From positions 62,001 to 126,000 of IMG/VR virus record IMGVR_UViG_3300029908_000004: DNA of 64,000 nucleotides; one strand, given 5' to 3'. Below are positions 40,009 to 49,774 of the stretch, one piece after another (position 1 is the first letter of the stretch; every line of letters starts with the position of its first letter). The translations under genes and the position numbers were made by a program. Under the pieces are notes generated by a model that was not told the origin of the DNA, ran no database searches, and was given only the letters and a program-made list of their open reading frames with translations.

Positions 40009-40093
40009 TAGTTCTGGGGGCACCTAGCCCCTGTACTACGGTAGTACTAACCAACTTTGTGATGATCAAACGAATCTCTGCTTATCCCTCCTC

Positions 40094-40417
40094 CTAAACC
40101 GTGTTTTTAATACGGTCTTCGTCGTCCATGATTTCACACTTGCTACACCTTGCTTGGGAAGCAGTGTAAATACCACAGAATTCACAGGTGAACTCGATAT
40201 CACCAGGGTGATCGTGGGTAAAGCCACATACACAAGGGAACCCGAATTCTGGATTACCACAAGCACAAGGCATTGTCTCCCTTTCTGGGTTCCATGATAA
40301 CTCGACCGCCTCCTTACAAATGGGGCAGCACTCGTGTGTTACCCAATGAACTGGTCCATCTACTTCTTTAACGAATCGTTTGCACCAGCCACATAGAACA
40401 AGCACAAAGATCTCCAA
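40094..40417 (-). CDS. Cys-rich zinc-finger protein
   Basis: Multiple CxxC motifs (CGWC, CPIC, CEFC, CSKC). Confidence 0.55.
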   Translation of the reverse strand: MEIFVLVLCGWCKRFVKEVDGPVHWVTHECCPICKEAVELSWNPERETMPCACGNPEFGFPCVCGFTHDHPGDIEFTCEFCGIYTASQARCSKCEIMDDEDRIKNTV

Positions 40418-41631
40418 AGACTAAATCTTATTCCATTTGGAACCAGTCCAAACGTAAGAACTGTCACTTCCCTGCTTCCAGAAGTCAAGTGCTTTCAAAG
40501 CACCATGACCATAGCCCGCTTGATTCAGGGCATCGTTAACACTCTTACCAATGAGCATCTCACGGGTTCCGTCCAGCCAATAGAAAGTAAACAGTTCCAT
40601 TACTCACCTTCCTTTTGCTTTGTAGCTGTTACCATGTCAATCCACGGCTGCAACCGGGGGCCGGACGCTTTGGCCACTCTCTTAGCAGACAGACGTAGAC
40701 AATATGTTTGTCCAAGCAGAAACCATACAGGGTTGTGAACCATTTAACTTTGAAAACTGACCAATGGTCGCCAGAGAGATTCTTGACAATTTCTAACTTT
40801 GGTACAATCATACCTTATTCCTTTGGCCAGAAGATCTTTATTTCACTGGGCATAAACCATACACCCAGATCTTCGGGGCCGGCAGGATAAAGACCATAAA
40901 CTTCAACAGCATGCTGGTTAGTTGTAGCAGATTGGACATGCTCCAGCTTAGCAAACCCAAACCGATCTTTGAATTGAGATTTTGCTGTGACAATCACAAC
41001 AACTTCACCCGGTTTAATTGATCTTGGCATTATCCCACCTCCTCTACCAGTACTTGATTACAAAGTTGTCACCCTCTTTGAGGGCTTCATCTCGTAGTAA
41101 CTGTCTTGCTAGTTCGTTGGCAGGAATTGTTGACCAATGCTCAGGTAGCTCATCACCAACCGTAAGTCCCATACCTTCTGGAGGGGCCTCAACAAAGTAG
41201 CACTTACCATTTATTTCTCTAACTAGTCCCCCACCCTGAGTACCAAATACTGGAAACTTGTATTCTTCTGGGTTCATGAACCTTCTCCTTTGGGCACATT
41301 CGATTGGGAGCTATACATAAGCGCGCTCAACCAGAATCGTGAGACTAAGATATATCGATAGATCTGTTACAACCGAATTGGAGAGCCATCTTGTTCGATG
41401 ACATATTCCTCATCAGGTAGGTGATCCTGTTCACAATGTTGCACCGTGCAAACAGTCCCACTAGTAAGACTGAGATTCTTTACAAGCTGTTGAATAGTTA
41501 GGAAGTTGCGGTTGTAAACATACGTCTTCCCCTCCACTTTCAGCAAGGTCATTGTCTTTCTCCTTATTGAAACATTAAACAGTCGCTTGGAAGCAGCCAG
41601 ACCGGCGCTCAACCAAGAGCTACTAGTTATA

Positions 41632-41775
41632 TCCTGTTAATACCAATAGATAATACCAATAACACTAGGATAGAGATAACCCTGTTAATCCTGATAACAC
41701 TTTAACAGTGTAACACTTTAACAGTAACAGTGTAACCCTGTTAATACTTAACTCTGATAACCCTGTTAATACTAG
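41632..41775. repeat. AT-rich cluster of short direct repeats (candidate replication origin)
   Basis: CCTGTTAAT x4, TAACACTTTAACAG x2, TAATACCAATA x2 in a non-coding gap. Confidence 0.6.
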
Positions 41776-42226
41776 GTCTCTCCATCCTAATACACCGATA
41801 TCATCTCGTGTGTAAAGACTTTAAGGTTTGTGGTGGTATATTCACACCACTAATCCCAGCTACTCACAGCTGTAAGCTGTTGTAATTGTTGATGTTGCTT
41901 CACAAGTACACTGGTCTTGGGCCCGTAGCATGTACCGGAAGATAGGCCCTCACGGGACGCTACCGACTCTCATCGGGGTGAGCGAGACTCACCTACTATA
42001 CAAGCTTGGACACTTGTATAGTTTCGAATTATCATCTATTCACTAGATATTGGACAATCTAGCTACTGTTTATCCTATACTATATAATAGTAAGGGGACA
42101 AAAGAATCGCCCCTACAGGTAGACAGCAAGGAAGCATCCCTACTGAACACCGACTACGCCTAACAGACGGCTCATACTATTATGGTAGTACCTATGGATC
42201 GGTACAATATGACCTCTTTGTCTCTT

Positions 42227-45200
42227 TTATCCCACCTCATCAGGATTAGGTTCTTCGAATGCCTCATAATTCTTCTGAGGCAACAAAGACTCGTGTGATT
42301 CTCTCAGAATCACCATTCCATCTTCCATTGTGAAGCCACCGAACTCTATCCCCTCGTCCTCTAGCCTTACAGGGATAGTTCCAATAGCTTCCATAGTGCT
42401 TAACCGATACACAATACCAGCCTCCTTGATCACAACATCAACCTTAGCTTCGCCAAGGTCATAAGCAAACTCCTCGTCCAAATCCACTGGTACTACAAGC
42501 CCAGTTATTGGACGCAGCTTACGAGTCTTGATATCCATATACTTGATATCCCGACTCGCCTGAATAATCGCATTACCCATGCGCTTAGTCCACAACATAC
42601 CATCTGGGAAGCTCTTTCGCTTCCCCATCTCCTCTCCCTCAACAACATACTGAGCATCTGCGTAGATGGTGTGATACAGATAGCAGAGCAGCTCTACAGC
42701 CATCTGCTTAACAGTGTCATCATCAAACTGTGCCAGATACTCAGCACAATCATTCTCTACCTTCTTATACGCTTCGTTAAGACCCTCTCTGGTCATTGGA
42801 TTACCAGCGCCAAGGATAGCTTTCCAGCCACCTCTCCACACCTGTATATAACCAGGCGCATCTTCACGCTTCCGACCGGGATTGGAACCGAGATAGACAG
42901 CGATGTCCGGGCTATGCCCACCCATCTCAAACACAAATGCTTCATCGGCAGGAGCTACTGATATCCACTCACGCAGCTTCAGACGATCTATCAACACATC
43001 ACGTTTATGTGTTAAGTCTTTCAGACTCTTACACATAAGCGAGTCATAAATGTGATAATCAGCCTTAGCTACCTTAGTGGTGGGGATTCTAAGGGTATCC
43101 TTCCCACTAATACGCTTACCCATAGTAGCAATATATGGATAGATCAGAGTCCCTTCCAATCCAATGTTCTCAACAGGTTCTCTACCTTCCTGTAAGCCAC
43201 TATGGAACTGACGTACAGCATCGCTAACGTTACCAAGTTGAACCAAGATGTTTGCATCCAGAACAACGCCATCAATGACATGTTCCAGATTAGTTTCAAA
43301 CTTCCTCATCTGATAAAGAGGTCTCATCACAAACCACTCACGGGTTGCTTCGAGGTCAGCAATCTTAGCAAGGTTACCAAACCTCTTAGCTTCAGCGATT
43401 TCAGCATCGAGCTGTTCAAACATATATGCCCGATCCGCTGCATTGGACAACCTATTGTCAATCATATTTGCATTAACAACAGGTCCAATTCCAGCACCGC
43501 TCCTCTGCTTCCTATCAATCTGATAAGCAAAGTGCCGATTGTTATACCATTCCTTCACGCCGCGACCGGGGATTTTATAACCTTCAGCTTCTGCTTCTTC
43601 ATCAAACTGACGACGAAGCACAGCTCCTGACTTCTTGATCTTAGCAGTTTCTGGATACGGGTTATCGTTCAATTCCTTGAACTTGTTAACCCAGAATTCA
43701 TCAAATACTACGATGAAGCGATCATCCAGATCACCACCACCTAATCTGGCTAACACTTTGTTACAGCCAGCGCCGAGAATGATAATACCTTTCCCAGCGA
43801 ACCTAGCATAACGCTGATGGTGGATATTCTTGAGAATCACGAATGCATTCTGATTCTCATTTGGTTGTCTATAACAGGCAACCAAAATACCAGCAGGGAT
43901 GTCCATCATACAGCACTCATCTTTACCAATGAGCTCATCCTCAATTGGTAACAGATTCCCTTCCGTATCATGCATATACGGGTCATGGATACAATATCCA
44001 CTAACAGCTACCTTATCCAATGGGATACGTCCACGCTCCATTTGCATGACACGATACATCATGAAGTTGTTAACCCTACGACCCAATCCCGGGTACTTAA
44101 GAGCAGACCATCCATTGATGACCGCTTCTCTCAGCACCCAAGCATCCCAATCAATCATTGAGATCCCATCATTGTAGTAATGCTCATCATCACGTACACT
44201 GTTGATATACTTAACCAACAGCTTCGTGATTTCCTTGTTATCCATCGTCTTGTTCCAATAATCCAGACGGAACAGCTGAGCTTGATAATCAATCATGCCC
44301 GGACGCTCAAAGCGGAAGTTATCCCAGCTTTGCATATCACTGAACGGCATGATCTTCTTCAGCTTACCAAAACAGCCGAAGTAGAACCGCTCATTCTTAA
44401 TCATAGTCTTGGACCCATACACTACGAAGTCATACTCCAAATCCTCCTTATAGACGAAGTTACCCTTCGGCATACCTACATACCTCTCACCAATAGTGCA
44501 CTGCCATGCATCTCCAATACGTGGATGCTTGCTAAGTCCAACAGACTTTGCACCATGTTCTCCTACCAAGCCGCCACCATCCAACCGAGCAGCGTCATCA
44601 TCTGTCAGTCCATCGATGCTATTAAACTTCACGGTAATGATGGCACCGTTATCCAAACGATACACACCAATACCAGCGACAACATCGAACTTAACCGGTT
44701 TACCTAACGCATGCACCCAAGTTGGTGCCATCTCACGGTTTAAATACTTACCCGCTTTCAGGCATTTCTCCAAATCATTGAGCTCAATCCAGATCCCAAC
44801 ACTTCTCAAATCCACTAAATTTGTCATGGCATCAGGAACGAGATAAGCAGTAGCCCTGTCATCTCTCTGATAACCAAACAAACACTTATAGTGGATTCCC
44901 TCGTATTGATACCCACTGTTCATAACTCGCTCTGCTACCGCAGAGTCATCAGTTACAAACTCTATGTAGGTACAGTCTAATGCGTCTTCCAACAGCCATG
45001 GAACTTCCGCATACGGCCCATAAGCTCTGAAGAACTTAGGATCATCGTCAAGTTTTGACCCAAACTTAACTTTATTACGACGATGAGCCTCTGTATACGG
45101 AGTCCGAGTAACAAGCTTCTTGTTACTCTTCATCCATTCAACAACAGCGATCTTCTTTACTCCTCCATCATCCATCTTTACTACCTCCTTTACAACATCC

Positions 45201-46000
45201 TTCTTAACCGGTTCAGTAGGAACCGGAGGATTCAATTTAGTCCAGAGCTGCTCAGGGCTAATACGCACCATAGGTGCATTAACCCGAAGGCAATAACGCC
45301 ATCTGTTGTTAACAGACTCATACATCACACACCAACCACTCGTTAGATACCAAACAGTATCTAACGCATTAGGTTGGAGTGCTCCCTTAACCTTCTCATT
45401 CAAGAAGGCAAATAGTCTCTCCTTAACAGGTACCTCAATAACCGGTACCTTCTCAACAACAGGTTCAATCCGAGGCTCACCAAGCTTGGTAAATGCCTCA
45501 TCCACCACGGTATCAGAGACATATTGGTCGCCAAGCAGTTTCTTTACAATCACATCCTGAGATACCTCGTTCAATTGCTTATCAGCAATAGAACGCATAC
45601 CCCAGCGATTCGCATCAATGTTATGAGCGACAAACGTTGTGCCAATGTCCCAACTCTGGAACCCCGGCATAGACAAAGAAGGCTTACCCACTTCCTTATT
45701 TAGGTAATCCAACAAATTGATTACCTTAGGAGTTTCAGCCTTCTTCTCCACAACTGGCTCAGCCGGCTGAGATACAGGTACCTTCACCAACGCCTTCTCA
45801 GCTTCCAATAGAAGTGTTACCTTAGTCACATTGGACCGGATCCACTTCTTAGCCTCCTCATTCCTAACCGCCCAGATATCGGTATTTTCATAGAACATCA
45901 CCGACAAACCACCGATGACAAACAAAGTCTTGTTACCATCCTGTTTGTCCGCAGAAGCACCCATAGCAGCAAACAACGCAACCAACGTATTAGAATCCAT
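42227..46000 (-). CDS. single-subunit two-barrel RNA polymerase-like protein (YonO / cellular RdRP-like family)
   Basis: Motifs in the family order: RLDGGGLV, AWQCTIG..GMPKG, YRQP, LGGGDLDD, IGPVVN, HVIDG; about 1257 aa; start at MDSN after GGAG. Confidence 0.75.
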   Translation of the reverse strand: MDSNTLVALFAAMGASADKQDGNKTLFVIGGLSVMFYENTDIWAVRNEEAKKWIRSNVTKVTLLLEAEKALVKVPVSQPAEPVVEKKAETPKVINLLDYLNKEVGKPSLSMPGFQSWDIGTTFVAHNIDANRWGMRSIADKQLNEVSQDVIVKKLLGDQYVSDTVVDEAFTKLGEPRIEPVVEKVPVIEVPVKERLFAFLNEKVKGALQPNALDTVWYLTSGWCVMYESVNNRWRYCLRVNAPMVRISPEQLWTKLNPPVPTEPVKKDVVKEVVKMDDGGVKKIAVVEWMKSNKKLVTRTPYTEAHRRNKVKFGSKLDDDPKFFRAYGPYAEVPWLLEDALDCTYIEFVTDDSAVAERVMNSGYQYEGIHYKCLFGYQRDDRATAYLVPDAMTNLVDLRSVGIWIELNDLEKCLKAGKYLNREMAPTWVHALGKPVKFDVVAGIGVYRLDNGAIITVKFNSIDGLTDDDAARLDGGGLVGEHGAKSVGLSKHPRIGDAWQCTIGERYVGMPKGNFVYKEDLEYDFVVYGSKTMIKNERFYFGCFGKLKKIMPFSDMQSWDNFRFERPGMIDYQAQLFRLDYWNKTMDNKEITKLLVKYINSVRDDEHYYNDGISMIDWDAWVLREAVINGWSALKYPGLGRRVNNFMMYRVMQMERGRIPLDKVAVSGYCIHDPYMHDTEGNLLPIEDELIGKDECCMMDIPAGILVACYRQPNENQNAFVILKNIHHQRYARFAGKGIIILGAGCNKVLARLGGGDLDDRFIVVFDEFWVNKFKELNDNPYPETAKIKKSGAVLRRQFDEEAEAEGYKIPGRGVKEWYNNRHFAYQIDRKQRSGAGIGPVVNANMIDNRLSNAADRAYMFEQLDAEIAEAKRFGNLAKIADLEATREWFVMRPLYQMRKFETNLEHVIDGVVLDANILVQLGNVSDAVRQFHSGLQEGREPVENIGLEGTLIYPYIATMGKRISGKDTLRIPTTKVAKADYHIYDSLMCKSLKDLTHKRDVLIDRLKLREWISVAPADEAFVFEMGGHSPDIAVYLGSNPGRKREDAPGYIQVWRGGWKAILGAGNPMTREGLNEAYKKVENDCAEYLAQFDDDTVKQMAVELLCYLYHTIYADAQYVVEGEEMGKRKSFPDGMLWTKRMGNAIIQASRDIKYMDIKTRKLRPITGLVVPVDLDEEFAYDLGEAKVDVVIKEAGIVYRLSTMEAIGTIPVRLEDEGIEFGGFTMEDGMVILRESHESLLPQKNYEAFEEPNPDEVG

Positions 46001-46387
46001 AACACACTCCATGCCCAGAAGGGCATCTCCGTTAGTGGTATGCTTTTCACATCCACGTTTAAGCGTATCTCGTATAACAATACGAGACAGATGTTTCTAG
46101 AGGTTGTTCATCCAATAACCAATAGCAGTTAATACTTCTTCCTTAGTGCCAACGCATACATTCAAAGGCACCGCTATCTTGCTTCCGCCCTCTTCAATAA
46201 ATAGGGCACGGTATTCACCACTCTGTTTATCACGAGCAATGGTGACACGTTGGGAGAAGAACACCCTTCGTACATCAATATCAGACAACGACATTCTATT
46301 CCTCCTTGTTACAGAGCTACCTCTTATAGCAGGTATGCTCAAAGAGTAATACTAGGGACATAACCTAGTATTAAACTCTCAGCATAT

Positions 46388-46765
46388 CTAGTTCATGTAT
46401 TTAGAAGCTTCAGATACGGAGTTTTCATCCATATCCACACCGCCCCTCAAGTTAAGCATAGAGGATAAATCCACTACTTGGATATCCCCTTGTGGTACGT
46501 TGTACATCTGCTTAAGAGCATACAAAGTGCTCCTAAGTACATGCGCCACTGTCCATTCCCTTCTGGGCAAACGACCCAGATAACGGGCAAGTATCCAAGG
46601 ATACTTGAACTTACCTCCCCAAAAGCCCATCTCACGACGAGCTTTCTTGGTAAGTTCGTTATACTGCAGAGTCGTACCCTCCCCAGAAGAGAGGGTATAC
46701 TCCAAGAAACGACCCAATGCCTGAGCACAAGGCTTAGGGAACGCTGTGTATATCAATATAGGCAT
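46388..46765 (-). CDS. hypothetical protein
   Basis: ORF with GGAGG RBS before MPILIY. Confidence 0.55.
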   Translation of the reverse strand: MPILIYTAFPKPCAQALGRFLEYTLSSGEGTTLQYNELTKKARREMGFWGGKFKYPWILARYLGRLPRREWTVAHVLRSTLYALKQMYNVPQGDIQVVDLSSMLNLRGGVDMDENSVSEASKYMN

Positions 46766-47431
46766 ACTTCCTCCAATAGAACATATCTTCAATAGCAGAT
46801 ATGCCCAAAGGACTAGGTATACTGTCACTATACCTAGAACTCTCGACATAACTACATCTTGATCTTGGACAGCTCCTTTACTGCCCTATACATCCAGTAA
46901 GTCTCTAAAACAAGTGCTCCAACAACCAAAGCAGTCTTAAGACTCTTCGGTCTCACAGGTGCGAGTACTCCAAACATCACCCACTCCCCAAAGCTGCACT
47001 TCTTCTGTTCTTTCATGACTATATTTCCTCCGAGATATGGATGGTATACGTCGTCCATCCAATTGTTAACACAACAACAAACTCGCACATCACAGTTGCA
47101 TACGCACCATAACGTGGGAGCTCAACAGCGGCGAGCATATAATAATACACACTCGCCGCCAAAATGGTTACCACCACACCAAAGAGCGAATGGATAAACC
47201 TATTCATTGGCTACCTTAATTAATTCCAATATCGTCTCCAAAGCCTTGTCTTCCAACCCCTTGAGACGGGCATCTTCCGCCTTGAGGCGGGCTTCATCTA
47301 CCAAATTGTCGATTATCATCTCCAAAGACATATACTTCCTCCTAGAACATCCCCTAAAGCAGTTATGTTCTATCCCAGATACGGAGGGACTAACCCCGTA
47401 TCAAGGGAGAATATAACTACTGTTGAACATA

Positions 47432-47734
47432 TTACCTAACTACAGACGTATCAATAGTCTTGGTATACCCCCTCACAGCAGCAGCCAATGCCTGCTTCTT
47501 GGTCATAATACGTGTGTTACCCATATACGTATTGAAGTAATGACGCACAGTCTGTTCTGGTATGGTACCGAACGACACTGACATCAACTCCGCCTGAAGC
47601 TCTGCAAACAACTGTTTGCGACCTTCTTCCCTAAGTGCCAACACAATGCTCAGAGTAGATGGAACAACCACCTGCTTCTGCTTATTGATGTTAATGGTAC
47701 GAGCGGTGGCGAGCTTAGACCCAAATACGGTCAT
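47432..47734 (-). CDS. hypothetical early protein
   Basis: Start at the ATG after the duplicated CTCACAAGGAGATGTAT RBS element. Confidence 0.6.
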   Translation of the reverse strand: MTVFGSKLATARTININKQKQVVVPSTLSIVLALREEGRKQLFAELQAELMSVSFGTIPEQTVRHYFNTYMGNTRIMTKKQALAAAVRGYTKTIDTSVVR

Positions 47735-47786
47735 ATACATCTCCTTGTGAGCTATACAAGCTCCTTTGATAACAGACATTACATAG

Positions 47787-47857
47787 CCTGCATCCTTCCA
47801 TACACATAATACTTAGGTGTACAGAAGGATACAGGCCCTCCCTAAGGAGGACCTATA
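47787..47857 (-). promoter_or_regulatory. repeated structured leader element (copy 1)
   Basis: Shares ACAGGCCCTCCC..AAGG(G)AGGACCTATA and a covarying long stem with 48132-48208. Confidence 0.6.
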
Positions 47858-47864
47858 TACATAA

Positions 47865-48080
47865 CTACACATGCTGACAATGTCCACCATGTAAACCCTT
47901 TGCAGGATATTCACATGGTGAATACGCCTCTATCCCCTCATTAATACATTTAGGACAGCGATTGTCTGTATAGAGCGCCTTTGGGTAATAGCAATCACAA
48001 GTTACGCATTCATACATGTTTTCACAGCGATTAAGCTCTACCAATGCGTCCCAAACAACAGCTTTATCAAGCTTAGCCAT
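47865..48080 (-). CDS. Cys-rich hypothetical early protein
   Basis: CVTC, CPKC; start after the duplicated AAGGAG element. Confidence 0.6.
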   Translation of the reverse strand: MAKLDKAVVWDALVELNRCENMYECVTCDCYYPKALYTDNRCPKCINEGIEAYSPCEYPAKGLHGGHCQHV

Positions 48081-48131
48081 ATACATCTCCTTGTGAGTCA
48101 TACAGACTCCTTAGTGCAAGGTATTACCTAA

Positions 48132-48208
48132 CCTGCACTCTTAAACGTATGTGTTACACAGGTATACGCTTAAGAGCACAGGCCCTCCCACTTAAGGGAG
48201 GACCTATA
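48132..48208 (-). promoter_or_regulatory. repeated structured leader element (copy 2)
   Basis: Homologous to 47787-47857 with compensatory stem changes. Confidence 0.6.
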
Positions 48209-48928
48209 TCCTATTTCATGTTGTTCGGATCCAGCATACGTTCCTGAGCGAAATCGCAAAACTCCCTGTATTCAATACAGGTAATCTCACCATCTCTCTC
48301 ACCAAGAAGATGTTCAATAGCGTGTTGTAAGAACACATATACACCCGGAGCTAGCACTTGGGTGTATACTATTTCAGCTAATAACTTCGTAGCGGGAATA
48401 GCTGCAATGGCATCCTGTCTAGCTTGCCATACGGCAAGCTCCTTCTTCCAGTGATTGTGAGACATACTGCCTCCTTGTAGCAACCGAAAGCTACACATTA
48501 CGTGGGACCCATCTTGTAAATGGGTCTTGTCGGTTAACTATGTGGTTATCCCACATAGCTACTCCCGATTAATACCGAACTATAACCACGTCACTGGGTT
48601 TTCAGCAAAGACGTGTCTCACGTCTTTACCTTTTAACCAACACGCGTGGTCCAGCTCCGCCGCCTCGTTGGGTGACCTCAACCGAGTACAGAGAATTACT
48701 GGGGTTCCGCTGGAAAGGTCTACTACATTGTATAAATAAGACCGTTCCGACAGATTGGCGAAGAACGACGAGTTATTCATTTACTTCCTCCTTCTAGAAT
48801 AAGGCTCTAGATAACCAACCTCACTACTAATAGAGTCCTCTTAGAAAGGACTCTTGTGGGTTATCACGAGACTATCCTCGTGATCTTCCCCTGTTAAAGG
48901 GGAGTAGTTTCCTACTCCCCCATGTTTA

Positions 48929-49216
48929 CTACCTTGGCGGCAGGACGATCCCCTGTCCTGACTTCTCCGCCAACCTCGCTGCCAAGTTGTCATCCCATTC
49001 CTGGGATGTGGCGACAAGCTTGTTAAGTGTCGCGTCAACGGCGTCCTTCGCCCTTGATGTAAAGGGATCGATAATGATCCCTGCCACGAGCACACTTACA
49101 AGGACGTGACCTGCTCCGTTCTCGATCGATTGCTCGATCGCTTTCGCCCCGTTGTGAAGGGACTTCAGCATTCTGTACTTTGCAACGGCAGCTGCTGCTC
49201 TTTCTCCGTGAGTCAT
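48929..49216 (-). CDS. hypothetical protein (first gene of the leftward unit)
   Basis: AGGAGG RBS before MTHGER. Confidence 0.65.
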   Translation of the reverse strand: MTHGERAAAAVAKYRMLKSLHNGAKAIEQSIENGAGHVLVSVLVAGIIIDPFTSRAKDAVDATLNKLVATSQEWDDNLAARLAEKSGQGIVLPPR

Positions 49217-49294
49217 TGTAATTCCTCCTGGTGATTTATTTAATGAAGGGGTGGGCTCGAATGTATCTGTCGAATCCTTCTCCTTCATAATCAC

Positions 49295-49411
49295 CTATAC
49301 TATCAATCCATTACACTTTCTGGGTGGCTATAAGACTTTATCCAGTACGTCTATACTAAATATATTTATAGATCCTTTGGATATTTCTAGTTCTGATGGT
49401 ATAATAAAGAC
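49295..49411. promoter_or_regulatory. divergent promoter region at the strand switch
   Basis: AT-rich gap between minus and plus gene blocks; TGGTATAAT extended -10 just before 49412; TATACTAAAT at 49352. Confidence 0.55.
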
Positions 49412-49774
49412 ATGAGAACTTCATCAATATCTATGAACGGGGTCCCCGCGATGATGTATAAAGACATCCCCTATATAAACCAGAAGAATTGGTCCTCGTA
49501 TGTAGACTTTAAAAGGATCGGTCGCATGCAGATTTGGTCTGCTCCTTTACCTATACCAGAGTCTATTTCTCCTATAGTTATAGTTTCTCCAGGAGAATTA
49601 TATGATCATGAAGCTAAAAAACTTATCCGGTCTGGGAAGTTATTAGCTCAGGCCCATGCTGCTTATCTTCTCCGATATTGGGGGCTAACCATACATAATT
49701 CTTTAACTACTGCGTTAATAAATTGTGTTTATGAAGAGACTAGAAAGGGTTTCGAAGATGATCAAATTTTCTAG
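49412..49774 (+). CDS. hypothetical protein
   Basis: First ORF of the plus-strand block. Confidence 0.55.
   Translation: MRTSSISMNGVPAMMYKDIPYINQKNWSSYVDFKRIGRMQIWSAPLPIPESISPIVIVSPGELYDHEAKKLIRSGKLLAQAHAAYLLRYWGLTIHNSLTTALINCVYEETRKGFEDDQIF

Noticed and set aside
39887-40069. 60-aa ORF over the array
   Set aside because: No RBS or recognisable motif; a 5-nt period with 8-nt resets is not compatible with codon structure
42671-45560. Many plus-strand ORFs antisense to the polymerase gene (and similar antisense ORFs elsewhere)
   Set aside because: Shadow ORFs of real genes on the opposite strand, without RBS or motifs
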